A stretch of DNA of 64,000 nt, from positions 1,056,001-1,120,000 of the forward strand of contig CAXXDQ010000003.1 of assembly GCA_963664325.2 (NCBI GenBank), given 5' to 3'. Position numbers and translations under genes: made by a program. Position 1 is the first letter of the stretch, and each line of letters starts with the position of its first letter. A model generated the notes under the pieces. That model was not told the origin of the DNA. It did no database searches and worked only from the letters and a program-made list of their open reading frames with translations. Origin of the DNA: Desulfomonilia bacterium (GTDB taxonomy: Bacteria; Desulfobacterota; Desulfomonilia; UBA1062). Shown piece after piece: positions 36,173 to 50,116 of this stretch.

Positions 36173-38452
36173 ATGAGTAATCCTGACGACAAAACCAAGT
36201 CTTTGCAACATCGCAAGAGGGCCGAGAAAATTGGCCTGGACAAGGAAAGCGGCCTGTGGATGGCTGGCGCGATTACAACAGTGCTGATAGCCGGTACATT
36301 GTTTTCCATATGGACTCTTTCGCGGACCGACCATGAAATGCGTTCCGACTTGCTTCAGCAGGCACAGATAATAGCGCAAACGGTAAATGCCGAAAGCCTC
36401 AAATCCCTTACCGGCACCAAGGCCGACCTTGCTTCCCCTGACTATGTACGGCTTAAAGAACAATTGTCCCTTGTCCGGAAGGTTAACGAGAAGTGCAGGT
36501 TTATCTATCTTCTAGGCCGCAGAAACACACTCGGTTCGCCCGAAAGGAAGAGCGGCCTGGAAGGGGGTGTAGTATTCTCCTTTGTAAACAATGAGCCGCC
36601 TGATTCCAAGGATTATTTTCCACCAGGAAAGGTATATGACAAGGTCACAAAAGTAATGCTCCGTGTCTTCGACACCAGGACCGAAGGTGTAGAGGGTCCT
36701 GTCACCGACCGCTGGGGGGACACAAGAATCACGGCTCTGGAGCCGATAACGGACCCTGGTACGGGCAAGCTGATAGCCGTTCTGGACATGGACTTTGACG
36801 CCAATGACTGGAAATGGGAAGTCGCCGCCAATTCGTTATTGGCAGCAGGCTTGATGATCACATTCCTGATTCTGTTGATAATCGTGGCCCGCTCGCGGGC
36901 GATCATGCATGAAGAGCTGCTAGAAAATGAAACAAAATATCGTCTTGTCGTTGAGAACGCACAGGAATCAATCCTGATCGTACAGGATGTGACCTGTATC
37001 TTCGCCAATAGTGCTGCTCTGGAGACGATTGGATATTCTGAAAAGATATTGACATCCAGGCCTTTCACAGATTTCATCTATCCTGATGATTGTAATATGG
37101 TCGTCGATCGCCATACAAAAAGACTTAATGGTGAGGAGATTCCCCGTGTTTATGATTTCAGGATTGTCTGCCAGGACGGAACCATAAAGTGGGTTGAACT
37201 GAATGCAGCAGTTATATCATGGAAAGGAAAACCAGCAACGCTTAATTTCATGAGTGACATCACCGAGCGCAAGAAGGGTGAGGAGGAGAGGGAGAAGCTG
37301 CAGGTGCAGTTGAATCAGGCCCAGAAGATGGAGTCCGTCGGCCGTCTGGCTGGCGGCGTGGCGCACGATTTCAACAACATGCTCAGCGTCATTCTGGGGC
37401 ATGCTGAACTGGCCATGATGAGGGCTGATCCTGAGCAACCGTTGTACCATAATTTGCAGGAAATACGTAAAGCCTCAGAGCGTTCCGCGGACCTCACACG
37501 GCAACTCCTGGCCTTTGCCAGGAAGCAGACCGTGGTTCCGAAGGTTCTTGACCTCAATGAGGCCGTGGAAGGGATGCTCAAGATGCTGAGGCGGCTCATC
37601 GGCGAAGACATCGATCTGGCCTGGCTGCCGGGCAAGAATCTCGCATCGGTCAAGCTGGACCCCTCCCAGATCGACCAGATCCTGGCCAACCTGCTTGTCA
37701 ACGCCCGTGACGCCATAGCCGGGGATGGCAAGGTAACCATTGAAACGGGTAATGTAACCCTGGATGAAAGCTACTGTGCCGATCATGCGGGATTTGTCCC
37801 GGGAGACTATGTACTTCTGGCCGTAAGTGACAATGGCAGCGGAATGGACAAAGAAACCCTGGCCAACATATTCGAGCCATTTTTCACCACCAAAGGGGTG
37901 GGAGAAGGCACCGGCCTGGGGCTGTCCACTGTTTACGGCATAGTCAAGCAGAACAACGGATTCATCAATGTATACAGCGAACCCGGCTATGGGACCACCT
38001 TCAGGATATACCTGCCCCGGTATACGGGCAAACCCGTACAGATGCTTACAAAAGGTGCTGAGTCGCCTGTCGAGCGAGGCCAGGAAACCATACTGCTGGT
38101 GGAAGACGATCTGGCGATTCTCAACATGACCACTTCAATGCTCCAGCAACTGGGCTATACCGGACTTGCGGCTTCAGGCCCGGGCGAGGCCATCCGTCTG
38201 GCTGAAAACTACATCGGTGAAATCCACCTGCTCATGACCGACGTGGTCATGCCCGAAATGAACGGACGGGATTTGGCCGCCAAACTTTTATCTCTCCACC
38301 CGAATCTAAAGATCCTTTTCATGTCCGGCTACACGGCTGATACCATTGCCCACCACGGTGTTCTGGACGAGGGCGTGCATTTCATCCAGAAGCCGTTCTC
38401 GCTGCAGGATCTGGCTGCAAAAATGCGGGAGGTGCTTAACAGCGACGAATAA
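36173..38452 (+). CDS. Membrane hybrid sensor kinase (2 TM, periplasmic sensor, PAS, HisKA, HATPase, receiver)
   Basis: 759 aa; [14 protein letters not shown]-box, NARDA, DNGSG, FEPFFTTK, GTGLGL, receiver LLVEDD...TDVVMP...KPF. Confidence 0.92.
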   Translation: MSNPDDKTKSLQHRKRAEKIGLDKESGLWMAGAITTVLIAGTLFSIWTLSRTDHEMRSDLLQQAQIIAQTVNAESLKSLTGTKADLASPDYVRLKEQLSLVRKVNEKCRFIYLLGRRNTLGSPERKSGLEGGVVFSFVNNEPPDSKDYFPPGKVYDKVTKVMLRVFDTRTEGVEGPVTDRWGDTRITALEPITDPGTGKLIAVLDMDFDANDWKWEVAANSLLAAGLMITFLILLIIVARSRAIMHEELLENETKYRLVVENAQESILIVQDVTCIFANSAALETIGYSEKILTSRPFTDFIYPDDCNMVVDRHTKRLNGEEIPRVYDFRIVCQDGTIKWVELNAAVISWKGKPATLNFMSDITERKKGEEEREKLQVQLNQAQKMESVGRLAGGVAHDFNNMLSVILGHAELAMMRADPEQPLYHNLQEIRKASERSADLTRQLLAFARKQTVVPKVLDLNEAVEGMLKMLRRLIGEDIDLAWLPGKNLASVKLDPSQIDQILANLLVNARDAIAGDGKVTIETGNVTLDESYCADHAGFVPGDYVLLAVSDNGSGMDKETLANIFEPFFTTKGVGEGTGLGLSTVYGIVKQNNGFINVYSEPGYGTTFRIYLPRYTGKPVQMLTKGAESPVERGQETILLVEDDLAILNMTTSMLQQLGYTGLAASGPGEAIRLAENYIGEIHLLMTDVVMPEMNGRDLAAKLLSLHPNLKILFMSGYTADTIAHHGVLDEGVHFIQKPFSLQDLAAKMREVLNSDE
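37280..38020. repeat. Near-identical kinase-core duplication (copy at 42120..42860)
   Basis: constant 4840-bp offset with scattered substitutions only. Confidence 0.85.
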
Positions 38453-38817
38453 GACAGGATTCCGGCCAGGAAGGAATTGTTCCGGAAAGGATTCCTCTCT
38501 ACTCTGTTCAGGGTTTTGAATTTAACCGTGAAATAGTATTGGCAACAACCTTTGTTGCCTGCTGCAGACATAGACTGAATTTGAAATTGGCGCCTTGTTT
38601 TTTCATTTTTACGAGATGCTCCATTATAACTATTAGGGGACGTTCCTTATATTTTGGTGAAAATGCAATAAAAGAAGGGTATAGTCTTTATAAAGATGAA
38701 ATATTCCAAAAGAATGAACGTATTTGAATATTCTTCGAAAGGTCCGTCAATAAATCTTCCCGTACTACGCGAATGTGAAAAAACTTCTTGTCCGGTTAGC
38801 TATAAAGGAGAAGCTGT

Positions 38818-41800
38818 ATGAGTAATCATAACGAAAAGACCAAACACAAGCTTTTGCTCAGACAGGCCGGCAGAAAGAATCTTAGCAGAGGAAGAGGCCT
38901 GTGGATAGCCGTTATGATCACGGTTATATTTGTCATCGGAATGCTGTTTGCATTATGGACCGTCATGCAGGCCGACCGCAGGATGCGCACAGATCTGCTC
39001 CAGCAGGCGCGAGTGCTGGCACAGGCGGTAGATGTCAATAACGTCAAAGCGCTCCACCGGCACCGCTGCCGACCTTAACAAACCTGAGTATCTGAAACTG
39101 AAAGGACAGTTTGCCGCCGTCAAACACGCTAACGAAAAGTACCGGTTCGTTTATCTACTGGGCCGCAGGGACTGTTTTTGCCGCACATGATGGGAAGAGC
39201 CGTAAGGCAGGCGGAACAGTTTTTTTCTTTGTGGACAACGAGCCGCCTGATTCAAAGGGACTATTCTCCGCCAGGACAGGTCTATGACGATGTCTCAAAA
39301 GTATTACTCAGGGTTTTCGACACCCGGACAGAGGCCGTCGAAGGACCTGTGACCGACAACTGGGGCACATGGGGTTTCAGCGCTGGTACCGGTGACCGAC
39401 CCTGTTACCGGCAGGCTGATAGCAGTGCTTGGAATAGATATAAATGCTCTCACCTGGAAATGGGATCTGGCGGCACGGGCGGCCCTGCCTGTAGGGCTGA
39501 CACTCGTTTTGATTATTGGCGTGGCAGCATATTTCTTCACCCGCCGTGTTGACGTCGCGCCCAAACATGTTCTGAAGAGCCTTATGCTCCCGCTTACTGC
39601 AGTGATGCTATTACTTGTCACAAGCTTCGCTGTATTGTTGTTTATACAGCAGGAAGCCCAGCTGAATGAGTCCAGCCGGAAGGTTCTGAAAGAGGCTTCA
39701 AACGGCTTATCACAGGAGCTTGCTGAACAATCCCTGATGCTGGCTGCCCTTGAAGAAATCATTATCAAGGACAAAGGCCTTTGTGAGGCATTCAAAGCCC
39801 GGGACCGTCAACGCCTGCTGGCAGCCTATTCACCGCTCTTCGCCAAACTCAAGGCAGATAATGCAATCACTCATTTTTATTTTATGGACCCGAAATGTAT
39901 CTGCCTGCTGCGTCTACACAAACCGGAAAGATACGGTGATCAAATCAAGCGTTTTACTGCGCTTGAGGCCAAACGCACAGGCAAACCCCGCATCAGGCAT
40001 TGAACTTGGGCCTTTGGGCACTTTCACCCTGCGGGTGGTGCGGCCGGTATATGACAACGGAACACTCATCGGCTACCTGGAACTGGGTAAGGAGATCGAA
40101 GACATCCTGGCCGGAATCCAAAGACAATCGGGTGTCGAATTGGCTTTGACCATTCACAAGAGGCTCCTGAAACGAAGCGACTGGGAATCGAGCATGAAGA
40201 TGATGGGCCGCGAGACCAACTGGGAGCGCTTTCCCGAGGATGTTCTGATTTACTCGTCTCTTTTCCCGTTCCCCGCCGAAGCCGGGAAGTTTGTCGGTGT
40301 GCAGTAGTAAACCACACATATAAGGAAAAAACTTTAGAAGCCAAATTCAACGGGTCTACATGGCGAATTATGATCAGTCCGCTCACGGACGCTTCCGGCG
40401 TACGTGTTGGTGAAATGTTCGTTATGAAGGACATTTCCGAAACAAAGGCAGCACACTGGCGGCTGCTAGCCATCGGCTTCGGGGTTTTGCTGGTGCTGCT
40501 GGCCGGACTGTTTGCATTTCTTTTTGTCCTGTTGCGCCGTACCCGATGCAGGCATCCGTTCCCAGCAGAAGGATCTCAAAGACAGCGAGGAGAGATACCG
40601 CAACATATTGGACAACATGCAGGATGCATATTTTGAAATGGACCTGACCGGCAACATTACCTTTGTTAATGAAGCCACCTGCCGCAGCCTCGGCTACACA
40701 CGGGAGGAATTGATAGGACGGAACTACCGCATGGTTGCTTCCGGAGAAGCCGAGATAAAATATGCCTATGAGATCTACAATAAAGTATTCCAGACAGGAA
40801 AGCCGAACAAGGGTGTTGCCTTCAAAGTCGTGGGTAAGGATGGAAAGGTCGGATATGCGGAGACCTCGATTTCTCTTTTAAAGGATAAAAACGGTGACGC
40901 CATAGGATTCCCGAAGCGTAGCCCGGGACACCACCGAAAAAATATTGGCGGAGGAAAAAATAAAACGGAGCGAAGAACGCTACCGCCTTTTGTCCGAACA
41001 CACAACGGATTCTGTGTGGCTGATGGATATGAATTTCAAGATTATATACCAGAGCCCTTCCGTGTTGAAAAATGAGCGGTTTCACCGTGCAGGAAATCAT
41101 GGAAATGGACGCTGGGTGAGTATATCTCACCCGAGTCGCTGAAACTGGTATTCGAAGTGATATTTCAAGAGAAATGCCCAGGATTGAAACCGATCCGACC
41201 TATAATCCCATCCTGACAATGGAGCTTGAATATTACCGGGAAGGATGGCACTATTATGTGGACGGAAAATAAAATCAGCATCATACGGGATGAGAACTCC
41301 ATGCCGCTGTCCATTCTTGGAGAGTCCCGCGACATCACGGAGCGTAAGCAGGCCGAAAAGAGGCTTAAAGAGAGCCAGGAACTCTACCGCTTGCTGTCCG
41401 AACACACGACAGATTCCGTATGGATGATGGATATGAACCTCAAAACCACATACCACAGCCCCTCCATTGAAAAAATACAAGGTTTCACGCCACAGGAGAT
41501 AATGGAAATGCCCTTGGAGAAGAACCTCACTCCGGCGTCGCTTAAGCTGGTATCTGAAGTTGTTTTCAAGGAGCTGCCTTTGATATGGGCCGATCCTGGC
41601 TATAATCCTGTCATCACGTTAGACCTCGAGTATTACTGCAAGAACGGAACCACCAAATGGGCGGAAAACAAGTTCAGCGTCATACGGGGTTCTGACGGAA
41701 AGCCACTATCCATAATAGGCGAAGCCCGTGACATCACGGAGCGGAAAAGCGCTGAGGATGCACTAAGGGAGAGCGAAGCTCAGAAGAAAGCCATTCTGGA

Positions 41801-43294
41801 CGGTATCACCACCAACATCGCCCTGGTGGATAAAAATATGACTATCCTGTGGGCCAATAAAACAGCTGCAGCATCAGTAAATAAGCTACCGGAAGAGATG
41901 ATCGGCCGGACCTGTCATTCCCTCTGGGGGAACCCCGGCGAGCCATGCGATCAATGCCCGTCTTTGAAGGCCTTCAAAACAAGAAAGTCCGAACATATAA
42001 TCATGCATACTCCAGATGGCCGGATTTGGGACGAAAGGGGTGAGCCGGTTTACGATGCAACAGGAAATGTGGTTGCCGTAGTTGAAATTGCCCAGGACAT
42101 CACCGATATCAAACACGCGGAGGAGGAGAGGGAGAAGCTGCAGGAGCAATTGAGCCAGGCCCAGAAGATGGAATCCGTGGGCCGTCTGGCTGGCGGCGTG
42201 GCGCACGATTTCAACAACATGCTCAGCGTCATTCTGGGGCATGCTGAACTGGCCATGATGCTGACTGACCCCGAACAACCTCTCTACCATGATCTGGAGG
42301 AAATACGTAAAGCCTCGGAGCGTTCCGCGGACCTCACACGGCAACTCCTGGCCTTTGCCCGGAAGCAGACCGTGGTTCCGAAGGTTCTTGACCTCAATGA
42401 GGCCGTGGAAGGGATGCTCAAGATGCTGAGGCGGCTCATCGGCGAAGACATCGATCTGGCCTGGCTGCCTGGCAAGAATCTCGCATCGGTCAAGCTGGAT
42501 CCCTCCCAGATCGACCAGGTCCTGGCCAACCTGCTTGTCAATGCCCGTGACGCCATAGCCGGGGATGGCAAGGTAACCATTGAAACGGGAAATGTAACCC
42601 TGGATGAAAACTACTGTGCCGATCATGCGGGATTTGTCCCGGGAGACTATGTACTTCTGGCCGTAAGTGACAACGGCAGCGGAATGGACAAAGAAACCCT
42701 GGCCAACATATTCGAGCCATTTTTCACCACCAAAGGGGTGGGAGAAGGCACCGGCCTGGGGCTGTCCACCGTTTACGGCATTGTCAAGCAGAACAACGGA
42801 TTCATCAATGTATACAGCGAACCCGGCTATGGGACCACCTTCAGGATATATCTGCCCCGGTTATACAGGCAAAACCGGGGTGCTAAAGACAAAAGGTCTT
42901 ATGGCGGCCTGTCGAGCGAGGCCAGGAAACCATACTGCTGGTGGAAGACGAGCCTTCGATCCTTAACATGACCACATCAATGCTTCAACACCTGGGGTAT
43001 ATACCGGACTGGCGGCTTCAGGTCCGGGCGAGGCCATCCGCTTTGTAGAGACATACGTTGGTGATATCCACCTGCTCATGACCGACGTGGTCATGCCCCG
43101 AAATGAACGGAAGGGATTTGGCCTCCAAACTTTTATCTCTCCATCCGAATCTCAAGATCCTTTTCATGTCAGGCTACACGGCCAATGTAATTGCCCATCA
43201 CGGTGTGCTTGATAAAGGCGTATTTTTCATTCAGAAGCCGTTCTCGATGCAGGACCTGGCTTCGAAACTGAGAGACGTGCTGGACAGCAAATAA
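38818..43294 (+). pseudogene. Multi-PAS hybrid sensor kinase paralog with many frameshifts
   Basis: fragments 38818.., 39392.., 39750.., 40370.., 40512.., 40945.., 41226..42971, 43103..43294 are collinear with a TM/sensor/multi-PAS/HisKA/HATPase/REC protein; both ends homologous to 36173..38452. Confidence 0.8.
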
Positions 43295-43406
43295 TAAAAC
43301 CTGGATTCGGTATAAAAGGCAAGAACCTGGAAGGAGTTGCGGCACACCATGTCCATGCCTATGAATGCACTATATTTACAGGAACAAGATAATGCCAATC
43401 TGTATG

Positions 43407-43817
43407 TTACTTATGGTATTTCTCACCCCTTATAATCGTAAAGGCCCTATAAACCTGTTCAAGCAGCATAACGCGGATTAACTGATGGTTGAAGGTCATC
43501 TTTGAGAAGCTCATAAGTATGTCGGCGTCCTTTTCGAATTCCGCAACGTGGCCTTCAGCTGCTCCGGTATAAAAGTAAAGGTGCTTTGTAGAACTGTTCA
43601 GGTTATCCCTGATAAATTCTGCAAACGCTTCCGATGACATCATCTTTCCGGACGGTGAGAGGACAACATGGACACCTTCTCTGGCCTGTTTTTTCACGGA
43701 TTTTACCTCGATAATCTCTGCAGGCACATATCTCTTGATTCTTTTGAAATAATCATCGATGAGTTCGCTGATTCCGCCTCTGAATGTCCTGCCGGCAAAA
43801 TTAAAGATAATCTTCAA
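43407..43817 (-). CDS. rlmH: 23S rRNA pseudouridine-1915 N3-methyltransferase
   Basis: GKMMSSE.FA, SFSKMTFNHQLIRVMLLEQVYRA..I..G.KYHK; synteny. Confidence 0.92.
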   Translation of the reverse strand: MKIIFNFAGRTFRGGISELIDDYFKRIKRYVPAEIIEVKSVKKQAREGVHVVLSPSGKMMSSEAFAEFIRDNLNSSTKHLYFYTGAAEGHVAEFEKDADILMSFSKMTFNHQLIRVMLLEQVYRAFTIIRGEKYHK

Positions 43818-44138
43818 TCAGGTAAGCCTCTGGGCATTAAGCCACATCCCTTCAATATCGTAATATTTTCTCAAATCATCCTGAAAGATGTGTACGACGA
43901 CATCAAAGTAGTCAAGCAGCACCCATCGGCCTTCTTCGGCACCCTCTGTGCTGAACGGCCGGCCTGCATTTTCCCTCAGATATTCTCCGATGGCCCTGAC
44001 CTGCCTGTCCGATGACCCCGAGGCAATTATTATGTAATCAGTAACCGAGGAGTATTTTTTTACATCGAGTACTACAATGTCCTTCGCCTTTGTTTCTTCG
44101 AGCTTTTCTTTGATCTGGGACCACAGAGCTTTCTTCAC
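43818..44138 (-). CDS. rsfS: Ribosome silencing factor
   Basis: KAKDIVVLDV, DYIIIASG.S.RQV, WVLLDYFDVVVHIF, YYDIEGMW; GTG start overlaps nadD stop. Confidence 0.95.
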   Translation of the reverse strand: MKKALWSQIKEKLEETKAKDIVVLDVKKYSSVTDYIIIASGSSDRQVRAIGEYLRENAGRPFSTEGAEEGRWVLLDYFDVVVHIFQDDLRKYYDIEGMWLNAQRLT

Positions 44139-44764
44139 GCATACATCCTTTCTTCATAGATATATTTTTCTACAGCAGGCGGGACAAATCCTGTTAAAGG
44201 TCTTCCTTCCTTGATGTATTCCCTTATGGCGCTTGATGATATGTCATTGGGCGTAACATCAATAAATATAATATCCCTGCCCGCCATACTTATATAGCCA
44301 TGAGAGGTCTTACTGAATGTTTTTGAAAATTTTCCCATAACCGCATTAAGGCCGGGTTTGTTTGCTCCCGGCCTTGACATTACTATGAAATGGGCAACTT
44401 CAAAAAGCCTTCTGGCGTCATACCAGCTCATAATATCATTGAAGGCATCCCGGCCAAGGATGAAATAGGGGACAGTTTTATATATGGATGAGAAATGTTC
44501 GATTGTTTTTATCGAGTAAGAGGTCCCTTTTGCATCGACCTCGAAAGATGAAACCTCCAGATGAGGATTGCCGGAAATCGCAAGCCTGACTGCTTCAAGC
44601 CGTTTTTCCGAGGATGTTGCGTCGGCCAGTTCCTTGTGAGGCGGGATATGTGAAGGCACCAGAATGACCTTATCAAGAAAGGCCGCTCTCCTTACATCTT
44701 CAGCGGCTCTCAGGTGGCCGTAGTGTATGGGATTGAATGTGCCTCCGAAAATGCCAATTCTCAT
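44135..44764 (-). CDS. nadD: Nicotinate-nucleotide adenylyltransferase
   Basis: GIFGGTFNPIHYGH, PPHK, ISSSAIR. Confidence 0.96.
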   Translation of the reverse strand: MRIGIFGGTFNPIHYGHLRAAEDVRRAAFLDKVILVPSHIPPHKELADATSSEKRLEAVRLAISGNPHLEVSSFEVDAKGTSYSIKTIEHFSSIYKTVPYFILGRDAFNDIMSWYDARRLFEVAHFIVMSRPGANKPGLNAVMGKFSKTFSKTSHGYISMAGRDIIFIDVTPNDISSSAIREYIKEGRPLTGFVPPAVEKYIYEERMYA

Positions 44765-46017
44765 CTATTGCCTTATCTGGCCGTCACCGAAGCAGACGAA
44801 TTTCTCAATTGTAAGCCCTTCGATCCCCATAGGTCCGTAGGCATGGATCTTTGACGTGCTTATCCCAACTTCCGCCCCTAGCCCGAACTGGCCGCCATCG
44901 GAAAAGCGGGTGCTTGCATTTACAAGTACGGTTGAAGAATCCACTTCCTTTAAAAATCGCATGGCCTTTGTATAATTCTCAGTGATAATCGCCTCGGTAT
45001 GGTTTGATCCGTATTTTTCTATATGGTCGATAGCTTCATCGAGCGAACCTACAACCTTGACAGAGAGTATCAGGTCCACATATTCCTCGTACCAGTCAGC
45101 TTCAGTGGCCTTTTTTTTAACAGAAGGCACGATGGCCATTGTCTTTGGACATCCCCGGATTTCGACACCGGCCTTTTCAAACATGGCTGTCATTTCAGGC
45201 AGAAAAAGCTCTGCCATGTCTTCATGCACAAGAAGCGTCTCCATTGCGTTGCAGACCCCGGGACGCTGAACCTTGGCATTGAAACATATTCTGTAGGCCT
45301 TGTTAATATCCGCACCATTGTCAACATATATGTGACATACACCCTTGTAGTGTTTGAGTACCGGAATGCGCGAATTTTCAACAACCGTTCTGATAAGACC
45401 TTCGCCTCCGCGCGGTATGACAACGTCAATATAATCCTCAAGCTTGAGCAGCTCGTTGATCACCGCCCTGTCTGTTACAGGGATAAAGCCTATAATATCC
45501 GGGTTGATACCTGACCCTTCAAGTGTCTTTTTTAATATACCGGCAATAGCCAAGTTTGAATTGAACGCCTCAGAGCCGCCTCGTAGAATAACTGCATTGC
45601 CTGATTTAAGGCAAAGCCCGACTGCATCGGCGGTGACATTCGGGCGGCTTTCATAAATCATGGCCACAACACCGATAGGAATGCGCATCCTGCCTACCAT
45701 CAGTCCGTTAGGCCTTACGGACATACTTGTAATTGATCCGATCGGGTCGGGAAGTTCAGCGATTTCCGTTAAGGCAACAGCCATTCCCTCGATGACCTTA
45801 TCGGTCAGGGTCAGCCTGTCGATCATGGCACCAGAAAGGCCGGACGCCTTGGCCTTCTTTACATCAAGGGCATTTTCTTCTTTGAGCATAACTGCATTAT
45901 CTCTCAATGCTCCTGCCATCTTTCTGAGAACGGACGCCTTTTCCTCGCTGCCAAGCGTGACAAGTTTTCGTGAGGCTTCATTTGCCTTTTTAGCAATTGT
46001 TAAGATATCCGCACTCA

Positions 46018-46018
<1 letters not shown>
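44765..46018 (-). CDS. proA: Glutamate-5-semialdehyde dehydrogenase
   Basis: IYESRPNVT, RGGSEA, CNAMETLL, NASTRFSDG. Confidence 0.97.
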
Positions 46019-48151
<2,133 letters not shown>

Positions 48152-48161
48152 CTATTTGATA

Positions 48162-48419
48162 TTAAGCAGCGGCAATTACCTGGACTACTTTTTTCTTTGA
48201 AGCAAGCGTCTGGAACTTAACCGTGCCTTCAGTGAGGGCGAAGAGCGTGTAGTCTCTTCCGCAACCGACGTTGGGCCCCGGATGGATTTTTGTACCGCAT
48301 TGGCGGACTATTATGCTTCCCGCCTTGCATGTCTGACCATCAAAAACTTTCACGCCGAGCCTTTTCCCTGCCGAATCCCTGCCGTTTCTCGATGTTCCGC
48401 CGGATTTCTTGTGTGCCAT
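48162..48419 (-). CDS. rpmA: 50S ribosomal protein L27
   Basis: [24 protein letters not shown]. Confidence 0.98.
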   Translation of the reverse strand: MAHKKSGGTSRNGRDSAGKRLGVKVFDGQTCKAGSIIVRQCGTKIHPGPNVGCGRDYTLFALTEGTVKFQTLASKKKVVQVIAAA

Positions 48420-48422
48420 GAC

Positions 48423-48737
48423 TTATGCCCCCTTTGTAATCCCGGTAATGCTGACTTCGGTCAGGTTCTGCCTGTGCCCCTGTTTCTTGTGGTAGCCTTT
48501 GCGGCGCTTCATTTTGAAGATTATGACTTTCGGCCCCTTCATCTGTCTGACGACCTTTGCCTTTACTGACGCGCCTTCAATTACCGGTTTGCCGAGAATA
48601 AAATCATCGCCGCCTATGAAGAGAACTTCGTCAAAGGTTATATCGTCGCCCTTGACTGCTGCGAGTTTTTCCACCTTGAGCTTATCGCCTTCTTCTACCT
48701 TGTACTGTTTTCCGCCTGTTCTTATCACTGCGTACAT
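48423..48737 (-). CDS. rplU: 50S ribosomal protein L21
   Basis: [14 protein letters not shown]...GHRQ. Confidence 0.98.
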   Translation of the reverse strand: MYAVIRTGGKQYKVEEGDKLKVEKLAAVKGDDITFDEVLFIGGDDFILGKPVIEGASVKAKVVRQMKGPKVIIFKMKRRKGYHKKQGHRQNLTEVSITGITKGA

Positions 48738-48875
48738 ACTTCACCCCGTGTGTTCTTAAAAAGGTTTTTGAGCTATTAGTGAAAGAAGCCTCACTTGTCA
48801 AGGGATATTGTGACAATTGCTCTTGCAAACATGACGTTTGAACGATGGAAGGCAAAGACTTGTTTTATATCCTTT

Positions 48876-49967
48876 TTAACCGGCCACCTTCACAGATGCG
48901 ACACTGAAAGAAGGCAGAAATGGATGCAGCCCCCTATCACCGTAATTATCTGTCCCTAGTGTCGGTCCCAGATCGAGTTCGCCAGTGTGGAAAGTGTAGT
49001 CGGGGTTTGGCGATGTGCTGTCGCTGTAATTCAGGGTGTTTTCGACGTCCACATCGACTGTTATATCATATTCTCCACCCGAGATCGTAAACGGTTCGAT
49101 CGTGGCGTTAAGTCCGCCGAGAGTACTGCCGCTGGTTATTATTACCGGGTTGGCGCTGCTGTCATAATCATCAGCGTCGCCCCAGAAATCCGGGTCATCA
49201 AAGAGGTCGATCGTACTGTCGGGTCCTGCGCCACCTGACGGGTGGGCGCTCTCAGTCACGGAAATAAAGAAATTGCTATGATCGGCGTCAACCTCGCGTC
49301 TGAGCCAGAACCATTCGTCATATCCCTCTTCATTAATGTTGACTACAAAATCGCGCTTCCAGTACTTATCGTGAGCATTGAAGTAGAGACGGAAGTTGCA
49401 GTACATTGCATCGGGAATCTCATCAGGCTGGAACGTGGATATATCCCATCCGAACACCGTAGCCAGGTCGGTTTCTTCACATATCGAAGGGAGATGAAAG
49501 TAAACGGGAAACTGCATTTCAATATAAAGGAACTGCATTTTGTAACCGGTATAGGTTCCTTCCGACATAGATGCAGCTGTTAGCAGCTCACTGGTAGCGT
49601 TTTCTGATGAAAAGTCTACAATCAGGGGATTATTTTCCGTATAGGTCGGGTTTGACTCGTCCGGATTTATCAGGTTGATCTGGGTGCTGTCATCTTTGAC
49701 AAGCCAGAAATTTACGAGCGCAATCTTATAAATGTTCGGGGATATATCTGCTTCTGATGAAATTCCGCCGGGGCTGAGGTTCGACACCTTCATAGAAAGG
49801 TTTACAGTGCCCGGACCGCCCGAGGTGACGCTTCCGCCAGTCTCGCTTCCTCCTCCGCCACCGCCTCCTCCGCATCCTGCATTCAGGATTATTGACGAGG
49901 CAAAGAGAACAACCATATAAATTTTAATATAGATCAAGTGATAATTTTTTTCTCTCGGTTTATCCAT
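48876..49967 (-). CDS. Acidic hypothetical lipoprotein with poly-Gly linker
   Basis: 363 aa; hydrophobic stretch + NAGC then G8; AGGGGG RBS. Confidence 0.7.
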   Translation of the reverse strand: MDKPREKNYHLIYIKIYMVVLFASSIILNAGCGGGGGGGGSETGGSVTSGGPGTVNLSMKVSNLSPGGISSEADISPNIYKIALVNFWLVKDDSTQINLINPDESNPTYTENNPLIVDFSSENATSELLTAASMSEGTYTGYKMQFLYIEMQFPVYFHLPSICEETDLATVFGWDISTFQPDEIPDAMYCNFRLYFNAHDKYWKRDFVVNINEEGYDEWFWLRREVDADHSNFFISVTESAHPSGGAGPDSTIDLFDDPDFWGDADDYDSSANPVIITSGSTLGGLNATIEPFTISGGEYDITVDVDVENTLNYSDSTSPNPDYTFHTGELDLGPTLGTDNYGDRGLHPFLPSFSVASVKVAG

Positions 49968-50116
49968 GTTACCCCCCTTGTTGCTTATATATTCCTTTTA
50001 TCGGCATTTTCCTGAATTACAAAAGCGTCTGATTGGACATGTTTCCAGGTGAAGGAAATATTTTTTAAAATTATCGAGCTACTTGTTTTCAATAAAAACG
50101 AGGGTATTCTTTTTTT

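Noticed and set aside
49846-49872. Poly-Gly run as a phase-variable repeat
   Set aside because: Mixed Gly codons and in frame; ordinary lipoprotein linker
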